The notes: a model not told the origin generated them from the sequence alone. DNA of 64,000 bases from an uncultured delta proteobacterium (GCA_963696385.1 CAVOKF010000005.1:736001-800000); one strand, 5' to 3'. Positions 36,520 through 46,894 are shown, counted from the stretch's first letter. Numbers and translations are program-made.

Positions 36520-37635
36520 ATGTCTTCGTTCTGGGGCGGTGTACTCAGGCTCGCGCCGTGGATCGCCTTGAGTCGCCTCTTCGCAGCTTTTCTCATAGAA
36601 GCCATCGCACTGTCGCTCGCGAGCAGCGCCGCCGCGCATTCCATCGGACTCTCCCGAGCCGACTACCGCGTTTCGGGCGACGTTGTCGTCGCCACGTACG
36701 TCTTCTCGGGAGCCGAGGTCGCCGCTGCCATGCCCGAGGTCGACGTCGATCACGACGGGCGACTGTCGCCCGCGGAGATCAGCCAGGCCGGCGAAGCCGT
36801 CGATCGACGCGTCGTGGACGCTACGATCGTCGACGCAGACGGGTCGACTTGCCGCCCTCATCTCGATTCGGTCGAGGCCGCCTACGGGGACGGGGTTCAG
36901 ATCCGCGCCTCGTTTCGGTGCGACCATGCTCCGCGCACGCTGACGATCGACTGCAGGTTCATCGCTGCCTTCTCAGCCGGCCATCGCCACCTCGCGACGG
37001 TGTTTGCACACGCCCACGAGACCTCGTTCATTCTCGTGTCCGGTCGGGAGCGTCTCGCGCTGACGCTCGACGCGACGACCCGTGCCGGCTCGACGTTCGG
37101 AGCGATGGTCTGGACCGGGGTCACGCACATCTGGACCGGCTACGACCACCTCGCTTTTCTCTTCGGCCTGCTCTTGCCGGGCGGTCGCCTGCGTACGCTC
37201 GTCGGCATCGTGTCGGCGTTCACCGTCGCGCACTCGCTCACCTTGGCTCTGGCGGCGTTGGGCGTCGTGTCACCCGCCCCCTCGATCGTCGAGCCAGCCA
37301 TCGCGCTCTCCATCGTGTACGTGGGGCTCGAGAATCTCTTCGTCTCGCATCCGTCCAGACGATGGCGAGTCACCTTTTTCTTCGGTCTCGTGCACGGCTT
37401 CGGCTTTGCCGGAGCACTCCGCGAACTCGATCTGCCGCGCGCGCAAATGCCGATCGCGTTATGTGCGTTCAATCTGGGCGTGGAGATGGGGCAGATCGCG
37501 GTGGTCGCGGCGGTGCTGCCGATCATCGTGTGGGCGCGGCATCGTTGGGCGTTTCGAGTTTGGGGGGTTCGCGGGTTGAGCGTCGCGCTCTCGCTCGCGG
37601 GTTCGGTCTGGTTCGTACTGCGTGTCGTGCGGTGA
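36520..37635 (+). CDS. HupE/UreJ-family membrane protein with an N-terminal EF-hand-like loop (start uncertain)
   Basis: HIWTGYDHLAF, FTVAHSLTL, FGLVHGFGFA, FNLGVEMGQ; DVDHDGRLSPAE. Confidence 0.9.
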   Translation: MSSFWGGVLRLAPWIALSRLFAAFLIEAIALSLASSAAAHSIGLSRADYRVSGDVVVATYVFSGAEVAAAMPEVDVDHDGRLSPAEISQAGEAVDRRVVDATIVDADGSTCRPHLDSVEAAYGDGVQIRASFRCDHAPRTLTIDCRFIAAFSAGHRHLATVFAHAHETSFILVSGRERLALTLDATTRAGSTFGAMVWTGVTHIWTGYDHLAFLFGLLLPGGRLRTLVGIVSAFTVAHSLTLALAALGVVSPAPSIVEPAIALSIVYVGLENLFVSHPSRRWRVTFFFGLVHGFGFAGALRELDLPRAQMPIALCAFNLGVEMGQIAVVAAVLPIIVWARHRWAFRVWGVRGLSVALSLAGSVWFVLRVVR

Positions 37636-37751
37636 CGGGCCGATCTGCGCGTGGGACCGTGCGTCGGCTCGCGGAGCGAGGCCGGCTTGGTCCGTCGCGC
37701 ACTGGCGTGCGGGCGACGAATCGCGCCGAGACACGCTATCGTGATGCGCCC

Positions 37752-39026
37752 ATGGGGTCCGCCTCACCGGCCGCTCGATCTTCGTCGAGGCGTCTGCGCA
37801 GTCCGAGGATCGATGGTGGTTCCGGCGCCTCGTCCGCGGCTCCGCCTCTCTTTCGGCACGATCCGGCTCGCTCGTATGGAGACAGGCGAGGGGACGGAAT
37901 CGTGCTGCATGCCGAGAACCTCGGCGCGATGCGCCGTCTTTCGGCGGCCCGATTCGATGCTCGCTTTCGCTGCATCTACCTCGATCCGCCGTTCAACTCA
38001 GGGAGACGCTTCGCGGAGTACGACGACACGCTCGCGCCGAGCGTGTGGCTCGCCATGATGCGTGAACGCCTGGAAGCCGCGCGCGCGCTCCTCTCCGAGG
38101 ATGGCGCGATCTTCGTCGAAATCGACGATACGGGGCTCGGACCGTTGCAAGTCGTGATGAACGACGTTTTCGGTCGCGACCAGCGAGTCGCTACGATCAC
38201 CGTCGTCCGCAGCGCTGCGACGGGGCACAAGGCCAAAAACCGCGGCCCGGTCAACGTCGCGGACTACATTCTGGTGTATGCGAAGGATCGCGCGCGGTGG
38301 CGTTGTCATCCCGTCCTACGCGAGCGCGCCGGCTACGATGATGCCTACCGAACGTGGCTCGTCAATCCGAACGATTCACCGGATGCATGGCGTTTTTGCC
38401 CGCTGGCGGCCCACGTCCGCCGGACGTTGAACGGTGTCGTCTCGAGAGACGACGTCGAGCGACACGCATTGGCCCACGCCGCGCACGTCGTCCGCTTCGC
38501 GCAGCCCCGTTACGAGGCGGTGAGTCGCGCCGCACGGGCGCTCATCGACTGCTCGCGGCGCGAGCCGGGTCGGGTGATGAGGCTCGTTCGCCCCGGGCGC
38601 AAGGACTTGCTGTTGCGCGCAGGTAACCGAATCCTGTTTCTTGCCGACAAGGTTAGGGAGAGCGACGGGCGGCCGGTGATCGTTGAGCCGATCACGAACG
38701 TCTGGGACGACGTCCCGTTCCAGGGGATAGCGGGTGAGGGGCAAGCGCGCTTCGTGCGAAACAAGAAGCCCGAGAAGCTGCTGGCGCGTATCTTGGCGCT
38801 TTCGACCGACCCGGGCGATTGGGTGCTCGACGCATTCCTCGGAAGCGGCACGACCGCCGCCGTCGCGATGAAGATGGGCCGGCGTTGGGTCGGCATCGAA
38901 CGGGGCCCTCACGTCGACGAGCTCGCCCTTCCTCGCCTGCGGCGCGTGGTCGACGGAGTCGATCCGTCCGGGGTCACGACCACGTTCGCGTGGAAGGGCG
39001 GTGGCGGATTCGATGTTTGGACGTAA
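37752..39026 (+). CDS. Amino (N6A/N4C) DNA methyltransferase, beta class, Type III Mod-like, orphan (start may be GTG 37632)
   Basis: CIYLDPPFN precedes KPEKLL and VLDAFLGSGTTAAVAMKMGRRWVGIE; ends WKGGGGF. Confidence 0.9.
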   Translation: MGSASPAARSSSRRLRSPRIDGGSGASSAAPPLFRHDPARSYGDRRGDGIVLHAENLGAMRRLSAARFDARFRCIYLDPPFNSGRRFAEYDDTLAPSVWLAMMRERLEAARALLSEDGAIFVEIDDTGLGPLQVVMNDVFGRDQRVATITVVRSAATGHKAKNRGPVNVADYILVYAKDRARWRCHPVLRERAGYDDAYRTWLVNPNDSPDAWRFCPLAAHVRRTLNGVVSRDDVERHALAHAAHVVRFAQPRYEAVSRAARALIDCSRREPGRVMRLVRPGRKDLLLRAGNRILFLADKVRESDGRPVIVEPITNVWDDVPFQGIAGEGQARFVRNKKPEKLLARILALSTDPGDWVLDAFLGSGTTAAVAMKMGRRWVGIERGPHVDELALPRLRRVVDGVDPSGVTTTFAWKGGGGFDVWT

Positions 39027-41232
39027 CAGCGCCGGCGGCATCGCGTTGACGCTTGCGTTGGCGCACGCGTGCGGCGCCAAGGACGCGTCAATCGCGGCCG
39101 CTCCGCCTCCCGCGACCTCCGACCCGACGGCAGTCGCGCCGGCTCTCGCCGTGGCTGCGGCACCCGTTCGGCCGGCGCCCCCTTGGTCGCCGTTGGTGCG
39201 TGACGCGGAGTGGGATGCGGCGTGGCGCGCGCTCGAGGCGCTGCCGGAAGCCGACAAGGTGCGACCCGACGTGCGCTACGTCCGTGCTCGGGTTGCTCTG
39301 GCCCGGGCGGACATGGCGGTCGCGCTGCCGCTGCTCGATGGGCTCGAGACGACGTTGCCGCTTTTGGCGGCGGACGTTGCACGGCGCCGCGCCGAGGCCG
39401 AGCTCGTGGTGGGACCTTTCGCAGAAGCCGGCGAATGGTTTGGGGCACATGCCGCTCCCAGCGCACAGATCGAAAGTGCTCGCGCGTTCGCAAAGGCCGG
39501 CGACGCCCGGCGCGCCCGTGCAGCGGTGGAACGCGTCCTCTCGAGCGACAAGCGGACGCGGGCGCAAGAGGGGGAGGCGCGGGCGTTGCGCATCGCCCTC
39601 GCGACCGTCCCCGATGAGGTGGAGAAGGCCGATGTACGATGGCTCGCCGTGCAGGGTGCGGACCTCGCGGTGGCGTCGGACGCACTCGCACTTCGGGCCA
39701 AGGTCGACCCCGATCAGCCGCTGACGGCAAACGAGCTGCTCTTGCGCGCCCGCGTCCTCTCGGACGCCGGCCGCATCGACGATGCATTGCGTGCGGTCGA
39801 CCTCGCTCAGCTCGCTCGGCACGCCGACAAGGTGTCGCGCTCCGAACGGCTGCATGTTCGCGGGATGGCGCTGTTTCACGCGCGAGGCCGCGGCAGCGAA
39901 GCCTCCAGAGCGCTCTTCGATGCCGCCGCTGCAGGGGGGCCGACGGCGGCAGAGGATGCGTTTCATGCCGCTCGTGCGCTCTCGCGTGCCGATCGGGACG
40001 AAGAAGCGATCGTGGCTTACAACGATGTGCCGCGGCGATATCCCAAGTCCACGTGGGCCGAGCAGGCGGGCTATTTCGTGCCGTACTTGCGCATGATCCA
40101 CGGCGAATGGCGCGAGTGCGCTCGCGGCTTCGGCGCGTACCTGCACGCGCACCCTACCGGCGATCGGGCCCCGGACGCTCGCGCGAGCGGCGCGCTCTGC
40201 AGACTGCTCGACGGGGACGCCAAGGGGGCGCGCGCCGCCTTCGAGCAGCTGGTCGAGGACGAGGCCGAGCCGATCGTCAGCGCACGAATGGCGAATATGG
40301 CGGCGCTTGCCGCGTTGCACGACGGGGATCGTACGCATGCCATTGCGCGATGGACGGACGTGGCACGGTCGAGGCCCCTGTCCTGGCCTGCGCTCGTGGC
40401 CCGTGCGCGGTTGGCGGAAGCCGGGGCTCTGGTGCCGCCTTCCATCGATCCTGCCGCCGAACCGGCGTCGCCGGATCCCGGAGCGATCAACATTTCCATC
40501 CCGCCACCGGCCGACTTGCTCGATCGACTGGGCCTCGATGAGGATGCCGAGGTCGCGCTGCGCGAACGCGAGAACTCCATCACGAGCGGTGCCGGTCCCC
40601 ACGCCGCCGAGGCCCTCTGCGTCGTGTACGGCAAGCTCGGCCGAGCCAGGCGACGGTATCAAATTGCGCAATCGTTGCCTTCGGCGTTCTTCGCATTCGC
40701 GCCGACGTCCCGCACGCAATGGGCTTGGGACTGCGCCTTCCCCAGGCCCTACCTCGACGTCGTTCGCGACGCCGAGGCGCGAGAGCAGCTGCCGAGTGGC
40801 TTGCTCTGGGCCGTCATGCGCCAGGAGAGCAGTTTCGATCCGGACGCCGTATCGCCGGCAAAGGCCGTCGGCCTCATGCAGCTGCTGCCCGAAACGGCTC
40901 GGCCCATCGCCGAGGAGCTCAGCCTGTCCCGCGAAGACGCGCGCCTTACGAGCCCGTCGTACGCGATCCGCGTCGGGGCGCGTGCGCTGCGCAAACTGAT
41001 CGACCAACTGCACGGCAACGTCCCGCTCGCCGTCGCGGCGTACAACGCCGGTGCCGAATCCGTCGAGCGATGGCTTGCGGGCGCCCCAGGCATGCAGATC
41101 GACACCTTCGTGGAGCACATTCCGTACAAGGAAACGCGCGATTATGTGATCCGGGTCATGGGCAACTTGGCGCGCTACGGATACCTCGGCACGGGCGATG
41201 GTGGGGTCCCGGCCGTTGGACTGGCGCTTTGA
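39013..41232 (+). CDS. Soluble lytic transglycosylase (Slt70-like) lipoprotein with TPR-like superhelix
   Basis: AVMRQESSF, AVGLMQL, AAYNAG, IPYKETRDYV. Confidence 0.93.
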   Translation: MFGRNSAGGIALTLALAHACGAKDASIAAAPPPATSDPTAVAPALAVAAAPVRPAPPWSPLVRDAEWDAAWRALEALPEADKVRPDVRYVRARVALARADMAVALPLLDGLETTLPLLAADVARRRAEAELVVGPFAEAGEWFGAHAAPSAQIESARAFAKAGDARRARAAVERVLSSDKRTRAQEGEARALRIALATVPDEVEKADVRWLAVQGADLAVASDALALRAKVDPDQPLTANELLLRARVLSDAGRIDDALRAVDLAQLARHADKVSRSERLHVRGMALFHARGRGSEASRALFDAAAAGGPTAAEDAFHAARALSRADRDEEAIVAYNDVPRRYPKSTWAEQAGYFVPYLRMIHGEWRECARGFGAYLHAHPTGDRAPDARASGALCRLLDGDAKGARAAFEQLVEDEAEPIVSARMANMAALAALHDGDRTHAIARWTDVARSRPLSWPALVARARLAEAGALVPPSIDPAAEPASPDPGAINISIPPPADLLDRLGLDEDAEVALRERENSITSGAGPHAAEALCVVYGKLGRARRRYQIAQSLPSAFFAFAPTSRTQWAWDCAFPRPYLDVVRDAEAREQLPSGLLWAVMRQESSFDPDAVSPAKAVGLMQLLPETARPIAEELSLSREDARLTSPSYAIRVGARALRKLIDQLHGNVPLAVAAYNAGAESVERWLAGAPGMQIDTFVEHIPYKETRDYVIRVMGNLARYGYLGTGDGGVPAVGLAL

Positions 41233-41300
41233 ACGTCTGGATCGTCGATCGGAGCCAGCGTTCGCGCGGGCCGGCTCCCCGCACAATCACGGGCGGATTC

Positions 41301-41347
41301 GCGGGTCACCACGAGCGGGTCACCACGAGCGGGTCACCACGAGCGGG
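41301..41347. repeat. 14-bp tandem repeat (3.4 copies) spanning the antiporter stop codon
   Basis: GCGGGTCACCACGA at 41301, 41315 and 41329. Confidence 0.93.
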
Positions 41348-43067
41348 CGGACCGCCTCTTGGGACGCTGCGAGGCCCGCGTCCTGCGCGCGCTGTCGGAG
41401 AGCACGCGGGTGATTTCGTCGAGGCCGCTTGCCGCCACGAGCTCCTGTCGCGCACGCGCGTCGAACGTTGCGCGAGCGATCGATGCAAGAATACGTACCT
41501 CCTCTTCGTACGCCTTGGGTGGCATGAGGAGCAGGAACACGATGCGCGCGGCTCGGCCGTCCGGCGCGTCGAAGTCGATCCCGGCCGGCGCGAGTCCGAG
41601 GGCGAGCAGGGGACGATCCAGACCGTCGACGGCAGCGTGAGGAATGGCCACCTCGTCACCGAGGCCGGTGGCGGCGACCCGTTCGCGCTCGATCACGGCG
41701 TCGCGCGCTCGCCGCTTCATGCCGGCCAACAGGGAGCCGAGCGCACGGACGAGCTCGCCAATGGCCTCGGTCGGGGTGTGCGCATGAAGCTCGGCTATGA
41801 ACCCGCCGCGCCGGAGGAGGGTCACGACATCCTCCTCGGCCTCGTCGCGGTACAGCAGCCGCTTCATCGCCGGGCCGCTGACCAGCGAAGTGATCAGGGC
41901 CATCAGCACGAGTGCCACGAAGATCCGGTCGGTCAGCAGCCCTGCATCGCGCGCCAGGTCGGCCAAGATGAGGCCCATGGCCCCGCGTGCGTTCATTCCG
42001 ATGCCGACCGCGGTGGCTTGCCGCCACGGCAGTCCGCCGATTCGCGCGCCGATCGCGCATCCGGCCAGCTTGGGGACGGTCGCGAGGACGAGGATGAGCG
42101 CGCAGAGCCGCACGTCGAACGCGCTGACGAAGTCGACCCGCAGCCCGATGGAGGCGAAAAACACCGGTGCGAACACGTTGATGACGAAGTCCTCGATGGC
42201 GCGTCGTGTCCGCACCTTGATACGCTTGGAGCCACCGACCGTGAGGCCTACGACGAAGCCACCGAATACCGCGTGCAGGCCGATCGCTTGCGTCGCCGCT
42301 GCGCCGACCAAGGCCAGCAAGATGACGACCGAAAGGATCCGGCCCGACCCGCCGGTTCCCATGCCTTCGACACGGCTGAGGGCTATGTCGAGGATGCGCC
42401 GGCCGCCGATAAGTAACCCGGCCGCGAAGAGTGCCGTGAGCGCTGCGGTTTTCGCGAACGAGCCGAATGCCAAGCCTGTTCCGTGCATGGGCCCGAGCAA
42501 CAGCGACAGCGCGAGCCAACCAGCCAAGTCGTCGATCATGGCGGCGGCCATGACGAGCAGGCCGACGTCCGATTTGAAGAGGCCCAGGTCGAGCAACGTC
42601 TTGGCAATGACGGGAAGCGCGGAGATGCTAAGCGCCACACCCATCAAGAGCGCGAACGTCGTGCGCCGCGAGGGGTCGAGCAGATCGGAGTCTGGCAAAA
42701 GAAAGCCGAGCGCCACGCCGCACGCCGCGGGGAGCAAGATTCCGAGCACGCCGGTGAGCAATGCGACGGCTCCGCGCCGCCTGAGGACACCTAGATCGAT
42801 CTCGAGGCCGACGACGGCGAGCAGCAGGACGGCTGCCACGGTCGTGTAGGCGCCAATCATCGCCTGAGGCGTGCCCGGGCTGAACAGCCAGAGTTGGGTT
42901 CTCGGAAGAAGCCGCCCCAAGGCCGTGGGCCCGAGCGCGATCCCGGCGCCGAGCTCTCCGACGATGACGGGCAATCCGATCGCCCGCGCAGCCTCCCCGA
43001 GCGCCCGCGCCGCGGCCAAAAGAGCGGTCAGCGCGAGCAAGAAGACGAGGACGTCGTGGTCATTCAT
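41334..43067 (-). CDS. CPA2 cation:proton antiporter fused to a PTS EIIA-like domain
   Basis: GELGAGIALGP, SISALPVIAK, AMIDD, MNARG; C-terminal ERERVAATGLGDEVAIPHA. Confidence 0.93.
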   Translation of the reverse strand: MNDHDVLVFLLALTALLAAARALGEAARAIGLPVIVGELGAGIALGPTALGRLLPRTQLWLFSPGTPQAMIGAYTTVAAVLLLAVVGLEIDLGVLRRRGAVALLTGVLGILLPAACGVALGFLLPDSDLLDPSRRTTFALLMGVALSISALPVIAKTLLDLGLFKSDVGLLVMAAAMIDDLAGWLALSLLLGPMHGTGLAFGSFAKTAALTALFAAGLLIGGRRILDIALSRVEGMGTGGSGRILSVVILLALVGAAATQAIGLHAVFGGFVVGLTVGGSKRIKVRTRRAIEDFVINVFAPVFFASIGLRVDFVSAFDVRLCALILVLATVPKLAGCAIGARIGGLPWRQATAVGIGMNARGAMGLILADLARDAGLLTDRIFVALVLMALITSLVSGPAMKRLLYRDEAEEDVVTLLRRGGFIAELHAHTPTEAIGELVRALGSLLAGMKRRARDAVIERERVAATGLGDEVAIPHAAVDGLDRPLLALGLAPAGIDFDAPDGRAARIVFLLLMPPKAYEEEVRILASIARATFDARARQELVAASGLDEITRVLSDSARRTRASQRPKRRSARSW

Positions 43068-43106
43068 GCGCGTTCATCCCCTGGCCGGGGCGCATCATGG
43101 TAGGAC

Positions 43107-44465
43107 TTGCACCCAGTGTGGGGCTTGGTCGTTGCGGCGCTCTGCGTTGCTCTCAACGGTTTCTTCGTCGCCGCGGAGTTTGCCCTCGTCAAGGTGCGGG
43201 CTACGCAGCTGCGCTCGAGGGCCCGCAAGGGGGAACGCAAAGCCATCGTAGCCGAGACGATTGTCGGCCGGCTGGACCGTTATCTCTCGGTCACGCAGTT
43301 CGGCATTACGCTGGCGAGCCTGGGTCTCGGCTGGATCGGGGAACCATCGCTGGCGGCGCTGCTCGACCGCGTCGCAGTCGCTGCGTTCGGGGTGCCGGCC
43401 GCGGGCGCCGTTCATGTCGTGGTCGCCGTGGTCGCGTTCGCGATTCTCACGTTCGGGCACGTTTTGCTGGGTGAGCTCGTGCCGAAGCTCATCGCGATCC
43501 AACGATCCGAGGCGACGGCGCTTGCGGCCGCCATTCCGCTGCGCGTCGTGTACTTCACGTTTCAGCCCTTGCTTTGGCTGCTCGAACAGGCATCTCGATT
43601 CATCTTGAGTGCCGTAGGCATGTCGCCGGATGTCGCCAGTGTCGAGGGCCGCTTCAGTGAGGACGAGATTCTGTCGATTCTCGCCGCGAGTGCCGCGCGG
43701 TCGCCTCGCGGCCGCGCACTGGCGGAGTTGCTCGAGCGCGTCATGCGCTTTTCGCAGCGCGCAGCGCGCCATTCGATGGTGCCGCGCGTGGACGTCGTGT
43801 CGCTTCCGGTACAAACGAGCGGCGCGGACGCCGACGAATTCGTCCGTGCGCATCAGTACTCTCGCGTGTTGCTCACCGTCGGTCGGTCGCTCGACGAAGT
43901 CGCGGGGTACTTGTATGCGAAGGATTTCTTGCTCCACGCCGAGGCGCGCACGCTCCCGAGCCTCGTACCTCTCCGGCGCGACGTTCTGTTCGTGCCCGAG
44001 GTACAGAGCGGCATGGATGTCCTGCGGGAGATGCAGAGAAAGCAGGTTCCCATCGCCGTCGTCGTCGACGAGTATGGGGGCACGAGCGGGCTCGTCACGA
44101 TGGAGGACCTGCTCGAGGAGATTGTCGGCGAGATTCGCGACGAGTTCGACGAGGAGCCGCAGAAGATTATTCGCGAACCAGGTCTCGACGAGGCATGGGA
44201 CGTCGACGGACGGGCGGCGATGGAGGAGGTGCGTTCGGCGCTCGGCATCCAGATACCGAACGCGGACCTGGCCGAGACCATCGGAGCGTTCGTCGTCGAG
44301 CTTTTGGGGCGGTTGCCGCGTGCCGGTGACCGGGTCGAGCTCGCGCGCGGAGCCATCGCGGAGGTGACCGGAATCAGCCGCAGGCGCGTGACGCGGGTCC
44401 GGGTCCGGATCCAGAAGCTTTCGGACGACGCGGCGTTGGCGGAGCGGTCCGGCACGAATCCATGA
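43107..44465 (+). CDS. HlyC/CorC (CNNM-CBS) family protein
   Basis: NGFFVAAEFAL, QFGITLASLGLGWIGE, GELVPK, VVDEYGGTSGLVTMED. Confidence 0.95.
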   Translation: MHPVWGLVVAALCVALNGFFVAAEFALVKVRATQLRSRARKGERKAIVAETIVGRLDRYLSVTQFGITLASLGLGWIGEPSLAALLDRVAVAAFGVPAAGAVHVVVAVVAFAILTFGHVLLGELVPKLIAIQRSEATALAAAIPLRVVYFTFQPLLWLLEQASRFILSAVGMSPDVASVEGRFSEDEILSILAASAARSPRGRALAELLERVMRFSQRAARHSMVPRVDVVSLPVQTSGADADEFVRAHQYSRVLLTVGRSLDEVAGYLYAKDFLLHAEARTLPSLVPLRRDVLFVPEVQSGMDVLREMQRKQVPIAVVVDEYGGTSGLVTMEDLLEEIVGEIRDEFDEEPQKIIREPGLDEAWDVDGRAAMEEVRSALGIQIPNADLAETIGAFVVELLGRLPRAGDRVELARGAIAEVTGISRRRVTRVRVRIQKLSDDAALAERSGTNP

Positions 44466-46894
44466 GCAGGCGGGCTGTCGGTTCGTGGCTGACGGTTGGC
44501 GCGATCGGGGTCGTGACGATGCTCTCGGCCTGGCTCACCGTCGTCAAGCTCCGGGTATCGACCGATCTGTCGTCGTTGTTCCCCGGCTCAGGCGACGCCG
44601 CGGCGCTCTCACGCTGGAACCGCGCGTTCAGTGGGCGAGACCCGGTCCTTCTCCTCGTGAGCGGCCAGAGTCCGGAAGACGTCGAGCGGGTAGCGGACGA
44701 CGTCGCGGACGGGTTACGGCGCGCCCCTTCGATCGAACGGGTCATCGATCGAGCCCCGGCGGTCCCGCCGCCGCCCGACCCCACACTGGCCTGGGCGCTT
44801 TCCGGACCGCAGGCGCGCGCGCGGCTCGCTGACCTCGTGACGCCCGAGCGGATGCGCGCACGGCTGGCCGAGACACGTGCCCTGCTGCTTGCGCCGCCCG
44901 CGGACGCGGAGGCGGAGACCTGGCTCGCTCGCGATCCGCTGCGGCTGGGTCAAGTGCCGTGGGAGTCGCGCACGGATCTGGCGGGTGGTGTGACGGCGCC
45001 GGCCGGCGCGGCCTTCACCGCCGACCGAGATCGTGCGCGATTGGTCGTGGTCCAGGCGCGCGGCAGCGCGTTTGTATCGGCTGACGCGAATGCAGCGATG
45101 GACGACGTGGATCGGGCTCTTCGCACCCGTGCGCGGCCGGGTGTGACCATCGAGGTGGCGGGCGGTCACGCCATCGCGCGTGCCACCGAGCGGATGCTCA
45201 AGCGCGACTTGGCCGTGAGCGGAACGCTGTCGATCGTCCTTGCGTCGCTGGCATTCGTCGTCACGTTCGGCCGCGTGCGCGCCCTTGCCGCGGTGCTGCC
45301 GCCGCTCGTGGTCGGCACACTTTGGACGACGGGTCTCGCCGCACTGTTTCCTTTTGGGTTGAACGCCTTGGCCATCGCGTTCGCGGCCGTCGTCGTGGGA
45401 GTCGGGGTGGACACGGGCGTGCACGTTTACGCCGCGCTGCTCGATGCGCGTCGCGCTGGGCTCGCCGGCGCGGCCGCCGCCCGCGCGGCGCGATCTTCGA
45501 CTTGGATGCCGACGATCACGGCCGCGGGCGTCGCCGCCGTCGCGTTTGCCTCCCTTGCTCTCAGCGGTCTGCGTGCCATGCAAGAGCTCGGGTTGCTGTG
45601 CGGTGCCGGCGAGTTGTTGACAGCGGTGGCCATTTTGCTCATCACACCCGAGATGGGTGCGTTTCTCGAGCGACGCTCGACACCGCCGGTGCGGTCGTCA
45701 TGGTGGATCGAGTGGCTCATCCGCGCCACCGCAACGCGCGGCCGAGCCGCAGTCGCACTGGGCCTGTGTGCGACGCCAGTAGCCATTCTCGCCGTCATCG
45801 GGTGGCCTCCACCCGCCGATGCTCTCGTGGCCGTTCGCCCTCGCGCGATGGCACCGCTTTTGGCCGAACAGCACATTCGATCCCTGTTCGGCGGTCATTC
45901 CGGCCAATGGTTCGTCTTGACGATCGACTCCGATCCAGAGTCTGCGCGGGCGCGGGCAGATCGCGTGGCCGAGACGCTCGAGGGCCTCGAGCAATCCGGC
46001 GACATCGACAGCTTCGACGCGCTCGGGACGCTTGCGCCCGCTGCGGTGACTCAGCGGGCGCGCTTGGCCGAGCGCGACAGTCTCGATCTGCCGGCTCGAC
46101 GGGGCTTTCTCGAGGCGGCCCTTCGCGAAGAGGGCTTCGACCTCGGCGCCTGCGCCCCCGCGCTCGACGCGTTCGCTCACCCCTCGCACGATCTTGTGCC
46201 CGATGCCCTCGGAGGTGGAGAGGCGGCTTCCTGGTTATTCGCGCGGCACCTCGCGCACGACGGGCCCGACACGCTGGTCGCCACCTACGTGCGACCGACC
46301 GGTGGCGCATCGGCGAACGCGCGCGCGCGCGCGGCCATCCTCGCGACCGACCCGGCTGCGCTCGTCACGAGCTTCGATGCGATCGACCAAGCGCTCCGCG
46401 ACTCGCTGCATCGCGATCTCATCCTCGTGGGTGCAGTCGCCCTGGGCGTCGTGGCCGTGGCGATGCGGGTAGCTCTTCGGAGCGCACGCCACGCGCTCGT
46501 CGCTCTAGCGACGCTGGCCTGCGAAATGGGAGCCGTGGGGGTGGCCATGCGCGCCTTCGGAATGCAATGGCACGTCTACGACGCACTCGTTCTGCCCGTC
46601 CTCTTCGGCGTGACGATTGACGAATCGATGTTTCTTTTGCATGCCGCCCGCCACGGTTCGATGGCCCAGGCGCTTCGAACACAAGGACCGCTCGTGGCCG
46701 CTACCGCGCTGACCACCGCCGCCGGTTTCGGCGCGCTAGTCGCGTGTCGCTTCGACGGACTGCGCGACCTCGGCTCGATCGGCACCGTGGGCGTTCTTGC
46801 CGGCCTCGTGGCCGCGCTCGTCGTGGTCCCCGCCGCCGTTCGCGCATTCGAGCGGAGCCCGGAGCTCGGATCCCGGTCGTGCGAGCCATCGTAG
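44462..46894 (+). CDS. MMPL/RND-superfamily membrane protein
   Basis: Two 1+5 TM repeats with GVGVDTGVH and GVTIDESMF, and TTAAGFGAL. Confidence 0.85.
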   Translation: MSRRAVGSWLTVGAIGVVTMLSAWLTVVKLRVSTDLSSLFPGSGDAAALSRWNRAFSGRDPVLLLVSGQSPEDVERVADDVADGLRRAPSIERVIDRAPAVPPPPDPTLAWALSGPQARARLADLVTPERMRARLAETRALLLAPPADAEAETWLARDPLRLGQVPWESRTDLAGGVTAPAGAAFTADRDRARLVVVQARGSAFVSADANAAMDDVDRALRTRARPGVTIEVAGGHAIARATERMLKRDLAVSGTLSIVLASLAFVVTFGRVRALAAVLPPLVVGTLWTTGLAALFPFGLNALAIAFAAVVVGVGVDTGVHVYAALLDARRAGLAGAAAARAARSSTWMPTITAAGVAAVAFASLALSGLRAMQELGLLCGAGELLTAVAILLITPEMGAFLERRSTPPVRSSWWIEWLIRATATRGRAAVALGLCATPVAILAVIGWPPPADALVAVRPRAMAPLLAEQHIRSLFGGHSGQWFVLTIDSDPESARARADRVAETLEGLEQSGDIDSFDALGTLAPAAVTQRARLAERDSLDLPARRGFLEAALREEGFDLGACAPALDAFAHPSHDLVPDALGGGEAASWLFARHLAHDGPDTLVATYVRPTGGASANARARAAILATDPAALVTSFDAIDQALRDSLHRDLILVGAVALGVVAVAMRVALRSARHALVALATLACEMGAVGVAMRAFGMQWHVYDALVLPVLFGVTIDESMFLLHAARHGSMAQALRTQGPLVAATALTTAAGFGALVACRFDGLRDLGSIGTVGVLAGLVAALVVVPAAVRAFERSPELGSRSCEPS

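Noticed and set aside
36492..37631. 844-aa methyltransferase with a long N-terminal domain
   Set aside because: The extension is an Arg-rich off-frame reading of the HupE/UreJ gene.
39088..41286. Long antisense ORFs (also 1247-2962, 3892-5481, 29183-30898, 53942-55288 and others)
   Set aside because: Shadow ORFs expected at high GC, opposite well-supported genes and without motifs.
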